A stretch of DNA of 64,000 bases, from contig NZ_JBEBSA010000002.1 in NCBI RefSeq assembly GCF_040394595.1, forward strand, positions 381,137-445,136, in the 5' to 3' direction. Shown here one piece after another: positions 9,630 to 18,608 of the stretch. The notes below the pieces were generated by a model. The model was not told where the DNA came from. It worked only from the letters and a program-made list of their open reading frames with translations, and did not search any database. This stretch comes from Microbacterium sp. (GTDB lineage Bacteria > Actinomycetota > Actinomycetes > Actinomycetales > Microbacteriaceae). A program made the position numbers and the translations under genes. Numbering within the stretch: position 1 is the first letter of the stretch; every line of letters begins with the position of its first letter.

Positions 9630-11240
9630 CTAGCGGGGCCGGGGACGCGGGCGCCTTCCTTCACGGCGCCGCGATGCGCTTCCGATCGCGGACGCGGGAC
9701 GCCGGGGGATGCGGATCTTCGGCTGGTAGCGCACGCCCTCGTCGTCGACGATGCGGAGGACGTCGAGGTCTTCGATCTGCTGGTTCCAGCGTGCGAGACG
9801 GCGGCTCCGGGCCCAGCGGACCATCCCGCCCCCGGCGCTGAGGTACGCCGCCGATCTCGTCCCGCTCGCGCTGGGCAGGAGGGCGAGGAGGAGGATCACG
9901 GAGTAGGCGGTGAGGAGGGCAGGCGACGCGCCTCCCGTCTTGGCGGGATCGAAGGTGACACCGCCGAGAACGAGGAGGCCGACGAAGACGACCCCGAGGA
10001 GGAGACGCCATCCGGCGGCGGCGTTCCGCAGCGCGACGAGGATCCACGCCAGGAGCGGGAAGACGACGGCGTAGATGATCGACACGGGAAGGGTGATCGT
10101 GATGAGCCCGACGGCGACGACGATGCCGATGACGGGAGGGGGCAGTCGCCTCTCCGTTCCGTCCCCGCCGTCCGGGGAGATGGCGCGTCCGTCGATCCGG
10201 CGTACCGCATCCGACCAGGTCGCCCCGATCCCGGCCCGATCCAGCACGTGGAACACCAGCAGGGCGGTGAGCAGCACGCCGACACATGCCGCCCAGAGGA
10301 GCAGGTCAACGCGGGCGGTGGGCTCCAGGGCGGAGAGGGCTCCGCTGGCGAAGCTGATGAGGAACAGCACGGCACCCATGAAGATGCCCATGATGATCGA
10401 GACCACCCGTGCCGTCCCCACCTCGAGGACCGCCGACATGACGATGACCGACGAGGACCAGCGTGCGAGCGCGAAGACGAGCAGCAGTGTGAAGGTCCAG
10501 GCGAACGCGCTCGCCGGGCCGGCCGCCGCCCAGAAGAGGCCGAATGTCGCCCCCGCTCCGGCGAGCAGCAGCAGGAACCAGATCACCTTGTACCGACGGC
10601 GTCGAGGGGAGGGGGCTCCGAGTCGCTGCAGTCGTGCGGCGATCGTGGCAGGGAGAGGGGTGATCTGCAACTGCTTGGAGCTGATCGAGGCGTGCAGGCA
10701 TCGGACTGATTCGAGGAGAAGCAGAGCGGAAAGCAGGGACATGACGATGGCGGCGAGCCTCGTCTCCACGGAGAACAAGGTCGCCGTGATCACGACCGCG
10801 AAGCCGGTCAGGCCGAAGAGGAAGAGGATCTCCGTCATGGTGATGAGCTGGAAGGCGGCCACCTGCCGCTGGTTCTCGTCGATGTCGTCCTCTGAGAGGC
10901 CGTCGGCCGCCTGCCGCTCACGCAGCCAGTCGAGGCGCTTCAGCGTGGCGTCGAGCGCGACGGCCGCGGCGACCGCGATGGCGGCGAAGACACCGATGAA
11001 CGTGAGGACGGTTCCCTCGTCGCACCCGAAGTCCTCTCGGACGCGTCTCAGCCGACCGACGAGGTCGAACCCCTTCTCGCCCGGTGCCGCGTAGAGCTGG
11101 AGCCAGGCGAAGCCCATCGCGGCGGTGATGAAGATCCCGCCGAGCAATGCGCCGAGGGCCTCCCCCCTTCCCCGGGTGATGGCGGCGTTCCGTCGCTCCG
11201 GATCCGACGGGCTCCGGGCGCTCCTCGATGTTCCCCCCAT
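9630..11240 (-). CDS. hypothetical polytopic membrane protein (no family recognised)
   Basis: 536-aa ORF with many long hydrophobic segments, an Arg-rich C-terminal tail and coding-like third-position GC. I recognise no conserved motif. Confidence 0.6.
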   Translation of the reverse strand: MGGTSRSARSPSDPERRNAAITRGRGEALGALLGGIFITAAMGFAWLQLYAAPGEKGFDLVGRLRRVREDFGCDEGTVLTFIGVFAAIAVAAAVALDATLKRLDWLRERQAADGLSEDDIDENQRQVAAFQLITMTEILFLFGLTGFAVVITATLFSVETRLAAIVMSLLSALLLLESVRCLHASISSKQLQITPLPATIAARLQRLGAPSPRRRRYKVIWFLLLLAGAGATFGLFWAAAGPASAFAWTFTLLLVFALARWSSSVIVMSAVLEVGTARVVSIIMGIFMGAVLFLISFASGALSALEPTARVDLLLWAACVGVLLTALLVFHVLDRAGIGATWSDAVRRIDGRAISPDGGDGTERRLPPPVIGIVVAVGLITITLPVSIIYAVVFPLLAWILVALRNAAAGWRLLLGVVFVGLLVLGGVTFDPAKTGGASPALLTAYSVILLLALLPSASGTRSAAYLSAGGGMVRWARSRRLARWNQQIEDLDVLRIVDDEGVRYQPKIRIPRRPASAIGSASRRREGRRPRPRPR

Positions 11241-11267
11241 GCCCCCGAGGGTAGCGGCACGGGCCCG

Positions 11268-12755
11268 TCAGCGCGGGGTGCCGCGAACCGGGCGTCCGGG
11301 GAAGGCGTCGACGCGGATGCCGCCGTCGCGGACCACGCTCTCACCGGCGACGATCAGATGCCGCACGCCGAGGGAGGGGCGGATCGGGTCGGTGAAGGTG
11401 GCCCGGTCGGTGATGGTCGCGGGGTCGAGCACCACGATGTCGGCGTCCGCGCCCACGTCGAGACGACCCTTGGCGGCGGCGGCCGAGGTCGCGGAGTCGA
11501 GCACGCGGGCGGGCAGGTACGAGCAGCGGCGGAAGGCCTCCACCCAGTCCCACGCTCCGGACTCGCGCACCATCAGCCGCAGCGCCTTCGCGAACGTCCC
11601 GGCGTTGCGCGGGTGCACGCGTGCTCCCGGGGGAAGCGGCCACTGCGCGCTCTCGGTGACGGCGCCGTCCGCCGACGGCCAGACGATCGGCATCGCGTCG
11701 CTCGCGACGATCGAGTCGGGGAAGGCGAGCGACCGCCGCACCAGCGCCGCGTCGGCGGACTGCTCCTCGTCGAGGAAGTGCACCACGCACAGCATGCCGG
11801 GGTCCTTCGCGCGCAGCGCGGCCAGCTCGTTCAGGTCGCGCACCCGCTCGCCGGTCTCGACGATCATGATGTCGCGCGGGGTGATGCCCCAGGCAGAGAG
11901 GCGCTCGGGGGCGAGGAAGAAGGCCCCGATCCCCGTCGAGCCGGCGCCGTAGGGGTAGGTCTCGAGGGTGACGGGCGCGCCCTCCGCACGGCTGCGTTCG
12001 ATCATCCCGAGCACGCGGTCGATGTGCCGGCGTGACGTCGAGTTCACATGGCAGTGGTGCATGTGCGCGCCGGTCTCGATCGCGGCGCGGACGATCTCGG
12101 TGGAACCGTCGATCGGCGTGCGCGCGTCGGCCTCGACGAGCTCGCGCACGTGGGTGTAGGTCGGTACGCCCGCACGCGCGGCCAGCGCCGCGGTGGCGAG
12201 GAACTCGGCCGGATCCGACTGCGGCGCGTAGCCCAGCAGGATGCCGATGCCCAGCGCGCCGTCGGCGATCTCGTCCTCGAGGAACGACAGCCAGGAGCGC
12301 AGCTCCGCCGGCGAGGAGGAGCGCTGCCACTCCGGGTCGTCGAGCACCGCGAGGCCCTGCACGAACGTCGCATCCGGGGTGAGGCCGATCAGGGCGGCGG
12401 CCCGGGCGATGCCCCAGCTCGCGGAGAAGCCGTAGTTCAGGGGGCGTCCCTCGGCGGCGGCCCGCGCGTACGCGGTGTCGACCGGCGCCACTCCCGCCTC
12501 CAGGTCGAGGGCCGTCGTGACGCCGTCCATGGCCTGCAGGCGGTGACCGGCGATCGAGTGGGTGTGGCTGTGCAGGTCGATGAAGCCGGGGCCGACGATG
12601 AGGCCCGTCGCGTCGATGATCTCGGCGCCGTCGGGGGCGGCGACGGCCTCGCCCACCTCGACGACCTTCCCGTCCCGGACCAGGACGTCGCCCACACGGT
12701 CGGTGCGAGCGGCGGGATCGATGACTCGGCCGGAACGCAGCAGCATCGTCGTCAT
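11268..12755 (-). CDS. amidohydrolase family protein, N-acyl-D-amino-acid deacylase (D-aminoacylase)-like
   Basis: I place the start at MTTMLLRSGRVIDP inside track ORF 11268..13361. The metal-binding GFIDLHSHTH motif and overall layout match D-aminoacylases. Confidence 0.8.
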   Translation of the reverse strand: MTTMLLRSGRVIDPAARTDRVGDVLVRDGKVVEVGEAVAAPDGAEIIDATGLIVGPGFIDLHSHTHSIAGHRLQAMDGVTTALDLEAGVAPVDTAYARAAAEGRPLNYGFSASWGIARAAALIGLTPDATFVQGLAVLDDPEWQRSSSPAELRSWLSFLEDEIADGALGIGILLGYAPQSDPAEFLATAALAARAGVPTYTHVRELVEADARTPIDGSTEIVRAAIETGAHMHHCHVNSTSRRHIDRVLGMIERSRAEGAPVTLETYPYGAGSTGIGAFFLAPERLSAWGITPRDIMIVETGERVRDLNELAALRAKDPGMLCVVHFLDEEQSADAALVRRSLAFPDSIVASDAMPIVWPSADGAVTESAQWPLPPGARVHPRNAGTFAKALRLMVRESGAWDWVEAFRRCSYLPARVLDSATSAAAAKGRLDVGADADIVVLDPATITDRATFTDPIRPSLGVRHLIVAGESVVRDGGIRVDAFPGRPVRGTPR

Positions 12756-12865
12756 GACACCATCTGACCACGCGGCGCCGCCGGTGAGCCTCGTCCGATC
12801 CGACGAGCGGTGCGCCGCAGTCTTGGTGCGATCGGCCGATCCCGGGCGGACGGCCGGGCGGAGGG

Positions 12866-13900
12866 TCAGCGCTCCGCCACGCCGAATCGTCCCGCGATCC
12901 AGTCCGCGGCTTCGGACGGGGCGTAGGCGGCGCGCATCGTGCCGGAGTGGTGCGACGGCCACCAGCGCGAGGTGAGGGCGACGCCCGCGCGGCGGTAGCC
13001 GCGCATCAGCCCCGCGGTCGACGCGGCGGGAGCGACTTCGTCGAACAGCGCCGCATCGATGCGCACGGGGGTGCGGAATCCGCGCAGCGCAGCGACGTCG
13101 TTCGCGCGGAACGACGTGTACAGGCGGCCGAAGAGCTCGGCGCCGGACGCCCCGCCGATCCTCCGGGGCGCGATGCCACCCCAGGAGTCGGCCGCGGAGA
13201 GCTCCGTGAGGCAGAGGCGCGCGAGGTCCCCCCAACGGTCCTGTGCCGCCGGGCTGAGGCCGTCCGCGGCGATCAGCTCCTGCATCCGCTCGTCGTCGGT
13301 GGCCGCGCCACGCAGCATCAGGCCGATCAACGCGGAGACCACTCCCGTGCCCGGCATCCACCCGGGCAGCGCCTTCGACCAGCGGATGCTGAGGTCCATC
13401 CGGGTGACCGGTGCGAAGGCGGCGGTGCCGCGCAGGCGGGCGTCGTCGTCCGGCTCGGCCTGCACGGAGGCGGAGAGCGCCGCGACCGCCCCCTCGGAGT
13501 GGCCCGCCGCGACCCAGTCGTCGCCGAGGCTCTCATCGATGCGGCGCCGGTCGCGCATCATCGCCCGCAGGGAGTCGCCCAGGCGGCGCCCGAGCAGATA
13601 GGGATGCTCGCCGGGGCTCCCCAGCCCGGGGTAGTCGGGTCGCAGCACGGCGATGCCGCGGGCGAGCAACGCGTCGCAGAGCGCATCGCCCTGTGACATC
13701 CGCCGCCACTCCGGGTGCTGCGGCGTGCCGAGGCTGGGCGCGGAGCGCGGCGACGCCCCGGTGGTCATGTGCCCGAAGACGACGACGGGGTGCCCGGATG
13801 CGGGCGCCGTGCGCCGGGGAATGTGGACGAGACCGGTCTCCGGTCCCCCGGCGCCCTCGAAGGAGACCACCCGGGTGGTGCCATGGGCGAGGGAGGTCAC
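12866..13900 (-). CDS. alpha/beta hydrolase (secretory-lipase-family-like)
   Basis: C-terminal 344 codons of track ORF 12866..15355. It has the nucleophile elbow GHSEG. The GTG start overlaps the upstream stop (GTGA). Confidence 0.7.
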   Translation of the reverse strand: MTSLAHGTTRVVSFEGAGGPETGLVHIPRRTAPASGHPVVVFGHMTTGASPRSAPSLGTPQHPEWRRMSQGDALCDALLARGIAVLRPDYPGLGSPGEHPYLLGRRLGDSLRAMMRDRRRIDESLGDDWVAAGHSEGAVAALSASVQAEPDDDARLRGTAAFAPVTRMDLSIRWSKALPGWMPGTGVVSALIGLMLRGAATDDERMQELIAADGLSPAAQDRWGDLARLCLTELSAADSWGGIAPRRIGGASGAELFGRLYTSFRANDVAALRGFRTPVRIDAALFDEVAPAASTAGLMRGYRRAGVALTSRWWPSHHSGTMRAAYAPSEAADWIAGRFGVAER

Positions 13901-15318
13901 CAGCGCCCCCGGGGCAGCAGCCGGCGCAGGGATGCCGGCATCGTGCCGAGGAGGGAGCCGCGACGCCGTTCCGCGTCGTCGATGACGTCGGCGAAGAAGC
14001 GGGCGACCGGGGCGAGCTGCTCCACGTCGATCCGGTCGATGGTGTCCGCATCGTCGTAGAGGTACAGCGGCCCGGAGATCAGGCTCACGGTGGGCACCCC
14101 GGCGACGAGCGTGAAGGAGGCGTCGGTGGGGATGCCGCCCGCGAAGAACTCGAGCGGCGCGGCGCCCATGAGCGTGGTGGAGTGCAGGGCGTTGCGACGG
14201 ATCGCACGGGCGATCCGCACGGTGAACGCCGGGTTCACGTTCAGGAAGATGCCGCGGGGCTCGGTCTCCCCGGTCGACGCGAAGCCGCCGTCCGGTCCTT
14301 CCACCGCCCGCAGGCCGACGTGCTCGATGGTCGTGTTCAGCACGATGTTCCACGGAGAGTCCTCCGACAGCACGTACCGTCGGGCGAACTCCTGATGCGC
14401 CTGATAGCCGGTGAAGTGGGTGTCGAAGGTCACGAACAGCAGGGTCTTGTCGCGCCGGGCGCCGGCGGCCGCCGCCTTCCCGTAGTGCTCCGCGAGCGCG
14501 ATCACCTCCGCGGTGCCCGACGCGTCCTCCACGGCGCCGGCGCCGATCGAGTCGTGGTGCGACTGCACCATGACGGTGTCGCTCCCCGCGCCGCGCAGCA
14601 CGCCGATCACGGTGCGCGACACCACCTCCTCGCGGGCGATGTCGAGGGTCAGCGCAGCGTGCGGCTCCGCGGTGAGCGCTGCGCGCAGCCGCCGCCCGCC
14701 GTCGCGGGTGACCCACACGCCGGGCAGGGGGAAGAGCGTGCGGCGGTAGTACTCGTTGTGGTAGCCGAGAGAGTCCGGGTAGTCGCGCAGCACGCCGATC
14801 ACGGCCAGCGCGCCCGCCGCGGCGGCATCGGTCATGGTGCGGGCGAGCGAGGTGACGTAGGGGTTGCGGCTGCGCAGCACGTCGCGACGCATCACCCGCC
14901 GTCCGGGGTCGTGCACGAAGAGGGTGAGCGGAAGGGTGTGCGCGAGCGTCATGTCGAAGGTGAGGTCGAACAGCACGATCGCGCCGCGCACGTCGTGCCC
15001 GCGCACCTTCCCCGACCCGATGTCCACGACCGGCGCCTCCACGCGGTGGCGCAGCGCGCCGGTCCACTCGTGCGAGGCGAGCCCGGAGTGCAGGATCGGC
15101 GAGCACGCGAACCCCTGGCCGCCGACGTCGAGGGAGTGCTCGCGGGCCTTCCACGCGTAGGACGGCACCTCGAGGATCTCGGTCTCCAGCCCGGCATCCG
15201 CGAAGCGCTGCTCGACGTACGCCGCAGCGGCGGCGCCGCCGGGGGTGCCGGTCGCGCGGGGGGAGAGCGCGATCAGGTCCTCGATCGTCGAGAGCATCGA
15301 CGGCGCTGTCAGGGTCAT
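13897..15318 (-). CDS. M28 family metallopeptidase with PA domain
   Basis: 473 aa. HHDSIGAGAVEDASGTA is an M28 zinc-ligand region. Its stop overlaps the start of the downstream hydrolase. Confidence 0.8.
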   Translation of the reverse strand: MTLTAPSMLSTIEDLIALSPRATGTPGGAAAAAYVEQRFADAGLETEILEVPSYAWKAREHSLDVGGQGFACSPILHSGLASHEWTGALRHRVEAPVVDIGSGKVRGHDVRGAIVLFDLTFDMTLAHTLPLTLFVHDPGRRVMRRDVLRSRNPYVTSLARTMTDAAAAGALAVIGVLRDYPDSLGYHNEYYRRTLFPLPGVWVTRDGGRRLRAALTAEPHAALTLDIAREEVVSRTVIGVLRGAGSDTVMVQSHHDSIGAGAVEDASGTAEVIALAEHYGKAAAAGARRDKTLLFVTFDTHFTGYQAHQEFARRYVLSEDSPWNIVLNTTIEHVGLRAVEGPDGGFASTGETEPRGIFLNVNPAFTVRIARAIRRNALHSTTLMGAAPLEFFAGGIPTDASFTLVAGVPTVSLISGPLYLYDDADTIDRIDVEQLAPVARFFADVIDDAERRRGSLLGTMPASLRRLLPRGRW

Positions 15319-15405
15319 CTCTCCAGGCTAGGAATCCATATGGCCATGTGTACATGATGCCGAGAATCCGGCATCTCTGATGTTCATGTGCCTAGGATTC
15401 GTCAC

Positions 15406-16392
15406 ATGGATGCCGCCGCCCGTCCTCTCGACGAGATCGATCTCGCCATCGTCCACGCCCTGCAGGTCGACGCGCGGGCGCCGTGGACCCGTGTGGCAGC
15501 CGTCGTCGGCATCGACGCGGCGACCGCCGTGCGGCACTGGAACTCCCTCCGCGAGGAGGGCCTCGCCTGGCTCACGGCCTGGCCGACCCCGCAGCGATGG
15601 TCGTCCACGACCGATCTCGGGGTGGTGCTCCTCGACGCCCGGCTCGGCGCGGACGCGCTCGCCGAGGTCATTCGGCGGCCGTGGGTGCTCAGCGTCGACG
15701 AGACATCGGCGGGCTACCTGGCGCTCGTCGCCGCCTCCGCCGGACTCGCGCAGCTCGGCGAACGGGTCCGCGCGCTCGCCGCTCTCGGCGCCGAGGTGCT
15801 GCGGATGGACGTCGCGGCCGAGATCGTCGCCGAGGACTCCACCTGGCGCCTGTCGGTGCTGTCCGCCGCCCAGCAGCGGATGCTGCGCGAAGGCGCTCCC
15901 CGCTCCGGCGGCGCGGCGAGGCCGATCAGGGGCGACGCGGTGTCGGATCTCGCCGCCGCGCTGGACGAGGATCCGCGGATGCCCGCCGCGACGCTCGCGC
16001 AGCGGATGGGGGTGTCGGAGGCGACCGCCCGCCGCGCCCTCGAACGGGCCACCGGCGCGGGGCTGCTCCGCTTCGGGTGCGATCTCGCCATGCCCGCGGC
16101 GGGCTTCCGGCGCGGGGCCGTGCTCTGGGGGCGCGGCGCCGATCCCGAGGGCGCTGCGGCCCGCGCGGCCCGTCTTCCGGAGGCCCATCGCGCCGGCATC
16201 CTCGTCGGTCCCTCGCCGCTGTTCGTCTGCGTGCGCGCCCGCTCCCTCACGGCGGTTCCGGCGATCGAGCGATCGTGGGGCGCCGACGTCGAGATCGTCG
16301 ACCGCTGGGCGGTGCTGCGCGGCATCAAGCGCAACGGGCACGCGCTCGACGAGGCCGGCCGCTCGATCGCCCGGGTCGCGCCGTCGTGGTGA
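15406..16392 (+). CDS. Lrp/AsnC family transcriptional regulator, tandem two-module form
   Basis: There are two AsnC-type HTH segments (LDEIDLAIVHALQVDARAPWTRVA and DLAAALDEDPRMPAATLAQRMGVSEATARRAL). An alternative GTG start is at 15388. It is divergent from the peptidase cluster. Confidence 0.75.
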   Translation: MDAAARPLDEIDLAIVHALQVDARAPWTRVAAVVGIDAATAVRHWNSLREEGLAWLTAWPTPQRWSSTTDLGVVLLDARLGADALAEVIRRPWVLSVDETSAGYLALVAASAGLAQLGERVRALAALGAEVLRMDVAAEIVAEDSTWRLSVLSAAQQRMLREGAPRSGGAARPIRGDAVSDLAAALDEDPRMPAATLAQRMGVSEATARRALERATGAGLLRFGCDLAMPAAGFRRGAVLWGRGADPEGAAARAARLPEAHRAGILVGPSPLFVCVRARSLTAVPAIERSWGADVEIVDRWAVLRGIKRNGHALDEAGRSIARVAPSW

Positions 16393-16396
16393 GCCG

Positions 16397-17713
16397 TCAG
16401 GCGGCGGCCGCGCGCAGCCGGTCGTCGAGGCGGTAGCGTCGCAGCGGCGCCAGGCTGAGGAGGCACAGCGCCGCCGGGATCGCGGACACCCCGATCACGA
16501 TCGCCCACTGCGCACCCGCACTCTGCGGGACGGTGTTGCCGGTGGAGGCCGCGTAACCGCCGAGCGAGAGCACGAGCCCCAGCAGGGCGGGGCCGAGCGC
16601 GAGGCCGAGCAGCTCGAAACCCGACCACACCCCGGCGATCATGCCGATGCGGTTGACTCCGGTGCGCGCGGCGTCGTCGGCGGCGAGGTCGGGGAGCATC
16701 GCGAGGGGGAAGAGCTGTCCGCCGGCGTAGCCGACGCCCACCACGGCCGCGGCGACCAGCATCGGCACGGCCTCTCCGGTGCGCGCGGTCAGCAGGCCGA
16801 GGAGCCCGATCGTCATCACCACGGTGGCGACCGCGAAGCCGCTCCGCTTGCCGATGCGACGCGAGAGGCGCGACCATGCGGGGGTGAGCACGACGGCCGG
16901 GGCCACGAAGCAGACGAACGCGAGCGTCGCGATCGACGGGTCGTGCAGCACATGGCGTGCGACGTACACCACTCCGCCCAGCACCATGCCGATCGCGATC
17001 GCCTGCAGCACGAACGCCGCGATCAGCATGCGGGCGTCGGCCTGGCGCAGCACGATCGCGAGCTGCGCGAAGAGCCGTCCGCCGGCCTGCTCGGTGCGGG
17101 TGAGCGGCACCGAGCGCGTGCCCCACCAGGCGCCGAAGGTGCCGGCGAGGATCAGCAGCGCCATGGTCCCCGCCATCACGCGGTACCCGGCCACGCCGCC
17201 GAAGGCCTCGACGAGGGCGGGCGCCGCTGCGCCCGCGACGAGGATCGCGAGGGTGAACACGATCACGCGCCAGGTGATCATCCGCGTGCGCTCGGTGTAG
17301 TCGTCGGTGATCTCCGCCGACATCGCGAGATAGGGCACCTGGAAGAAGGCGTACACGGTCGCGGAGGCGAGGAAGGCGGCGAGCACCCAGAGCGCAGCCG
17401 CGACGGGCGGGGCGGTCGGGCCGAAGAACATCGCGGTGAAGGCGAGCGCGAGGAGGATGCCGGCGCGGAGGATGAAGGGCCGGCGGCGTCCGCGCGGATT
17501 GCGGGAGCGATCGCTGAGGCGTCCGGCGAGGGGGTTCAGGAAGAAGTCCCAGGCTTTCGGGGCGAACACGATCATGCCGGCGATCGCCGCCTGCACGCCG
17601 AGCAGGTCGGTGAGGAACGGCATCAGGATGAGTCCGGGAACCGTGCCGTACGTGCCCGAGGAGATGCCGCCGAGGGCATAGCCCAGCCGGGTGCGGCGTG
17701 ACAACGCAGTCAT
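16397..17713 (-). CDS. MFS transporter, glycoside-pentoside-hexuronide (GPH) cation symporter family
   Basis: 438 aa, polytopic. The N-terminus LGYALGGISSGTYGTVPGLILMPFLTDLLG..DFFLNPLAGRLSDR is typical of MelB/GPH. Confidence 0.85.
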   Translation of the reverse strand: MTALSRRTRLGYALGGISSGTYGTVPGLILMPFLTDLLGVQAAIAGMIVFAPKAWDFFLNPLAGRLSDRSRNPRGRRRPFILRAGILLALAFTAMFFGPTAPPVAAALWVLAAFLASATVYAFFQVPYLAMSAEITDDYTERTRMITWRVIVFTLAILVAGAAAPALVEAFGGVAGYRVMAGTMALLILAGTFGAWWGTRSVPLTRTEQAGGRLFAQLAIVLRQADARMLIAAFVLQAIAIGMVLGGVVYVARHVLHDPSIATLAFVCFVAPAVVLTPAWSRLSRRIGKRSGFAVATVVMTIGLLGLLTARTGEAVPMLVAAAVVGVGYAGGQLFPLAMLPDLAADDAARTGVNRIGMIAGVWSGFELLGLALGPALLGLVLSLGGYAASTGNTVPQSAGAQWAIVIGVSAIPAALCLLSLAPLRRYRLDDRLRAAAA

Positions 17714-17833
17714 GGGCCGATGCTAGAGGGAACAGCAAGTCGTGAGACCCCGGATGCCTGCGATCCGTCACTCTGGCTCTTCGCATCAGCGGCATTCGTC
17801 ATCATTGCCGACCACGCCGCCGGTCGGGGAGAC

Positions 17834-17867
17834 GACGATGCCGCGACGTCTCCGCCGCGGCATCGTC
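17834..17867 (-). terminator. hairpin downstream of the nitroreductase gene
   Basis: GACGATGCCGCG - 10 nt - CGCGGCATCGTC forms a 12-bp stem ending 9 nt beyond the stop codon. There is no U-tract. Confidence 0.5.
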
Positions 17868-17875
17868 GCGCGGGG

Positions 17876-18463
17876 TCAGGCGCTCGCGATGACGGTCTCG
17901 GCGATCGGGCGACGAACGCGCGGGGCGACCTCGCGCTGCTGGAGCGGCTCGGGCAGCGCCTCGACGTCGCCGAGGTCGCCGAGGGCGATCACGGTCATCG
18001 GGGCGAAGCGCTCGCCCAGGCCCACGAGCTCCCGGATCTGCTCGGGCGCGAATCCGCTCATCTGGTGCACGACGAGACCGTCGTGGTGGGCCTGCACCGA
18101 GAGGTGCGCAGCGGCCTGGCCCAGGTCGTAGACGGCGTGGGTGATGGGGGTCCCGTCCTCGGCGGCGGTCTCGGCCACGGCGACGATGAGCACCGCCGCG
18201 TTGCCGGCCCACGCCTGGTTGAAGCCCATCAGCGCCGCATGGATGCCGTCGTGCAGGGCGGTGCCGCGACGCGCGACGATGAAGCGCCACGGCTGGGAGT
18301 TGTTGGCGGAGGGCGACCAGCGGGCGGCCTCGAGCGCCGAGGCGAGCTTCTCCTCGTCGATGGGGGTGGCCGCGTCGTAGGCGCGCGGGCTCCAGCGGTC
18401 GGCGAGGACGTCGAGCACGGGGTGCGCGGTGGGGGCGGTGCGGTCGAGGACGGGAGTGCTCAT
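17876..18463 (-). CDS. nitroreductase family protein
   Basis: I place the start at MSTPVLDRTAP inside the track ORF. RWSPRAY and ARWSPSANNSQPWRF are nitroreductase signatures. Confidence 0.85.
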   Translation of the reverse strand: MSTPVLDRTAPTAHPVLDVLADRWSPRAYDAATPIDEEKLASALEAARWSPSANNSQPWRFIVARRGTALHDGIHAALMGFNQAWAGNAAVLIVAVAETAAEDGTPITHAVYDLGQAAAHLSVQAHHDGLVVHQMSGFAPEQIRELVGLGERFAPMTVIALGDLGDVEALPEPLQQREVAPRVRRPIAETVIASA

Positions 18464-18550
18464 GCGCGAGCCTTTCTGATGGTGTCGGTTGCCCGGACAC
18501 CGTCGTCCACGCGCTACCACCGGCACAACCCATGCGTGCGCATGGAAATT

Positions 18551-18594
18551 CCCGCATCCTCCGACTTTTTCTCCCCAGAGTCGGAGGATGCGGG
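18551..18594 (-). terminator. intrinsic-terminator-like hairpin after the ABC exporter operon
   Basis: CCCGCATCCTCCGACT - 12 nt - AGTCGGAGGATGCGGG forms a 16-bp stem, 15 nt beyond the permease stop. It is followed on the minus strand by AATTT. Confidence 0.65.
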
Positions 18595-18608
18595 AAGCGG
18601 ATGCGGGT

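Noticed and set aside
12866-15355. 829-aa minus-strand ORF taken as a single gene
   Set aside because: The N-terminal 485 codons are an alternative frame over the M28 peptidase gene. Only the C-terminal part (12866..13900) has hydrolase sequence, and the GTGA junction at 13897-13900 explains the layout.
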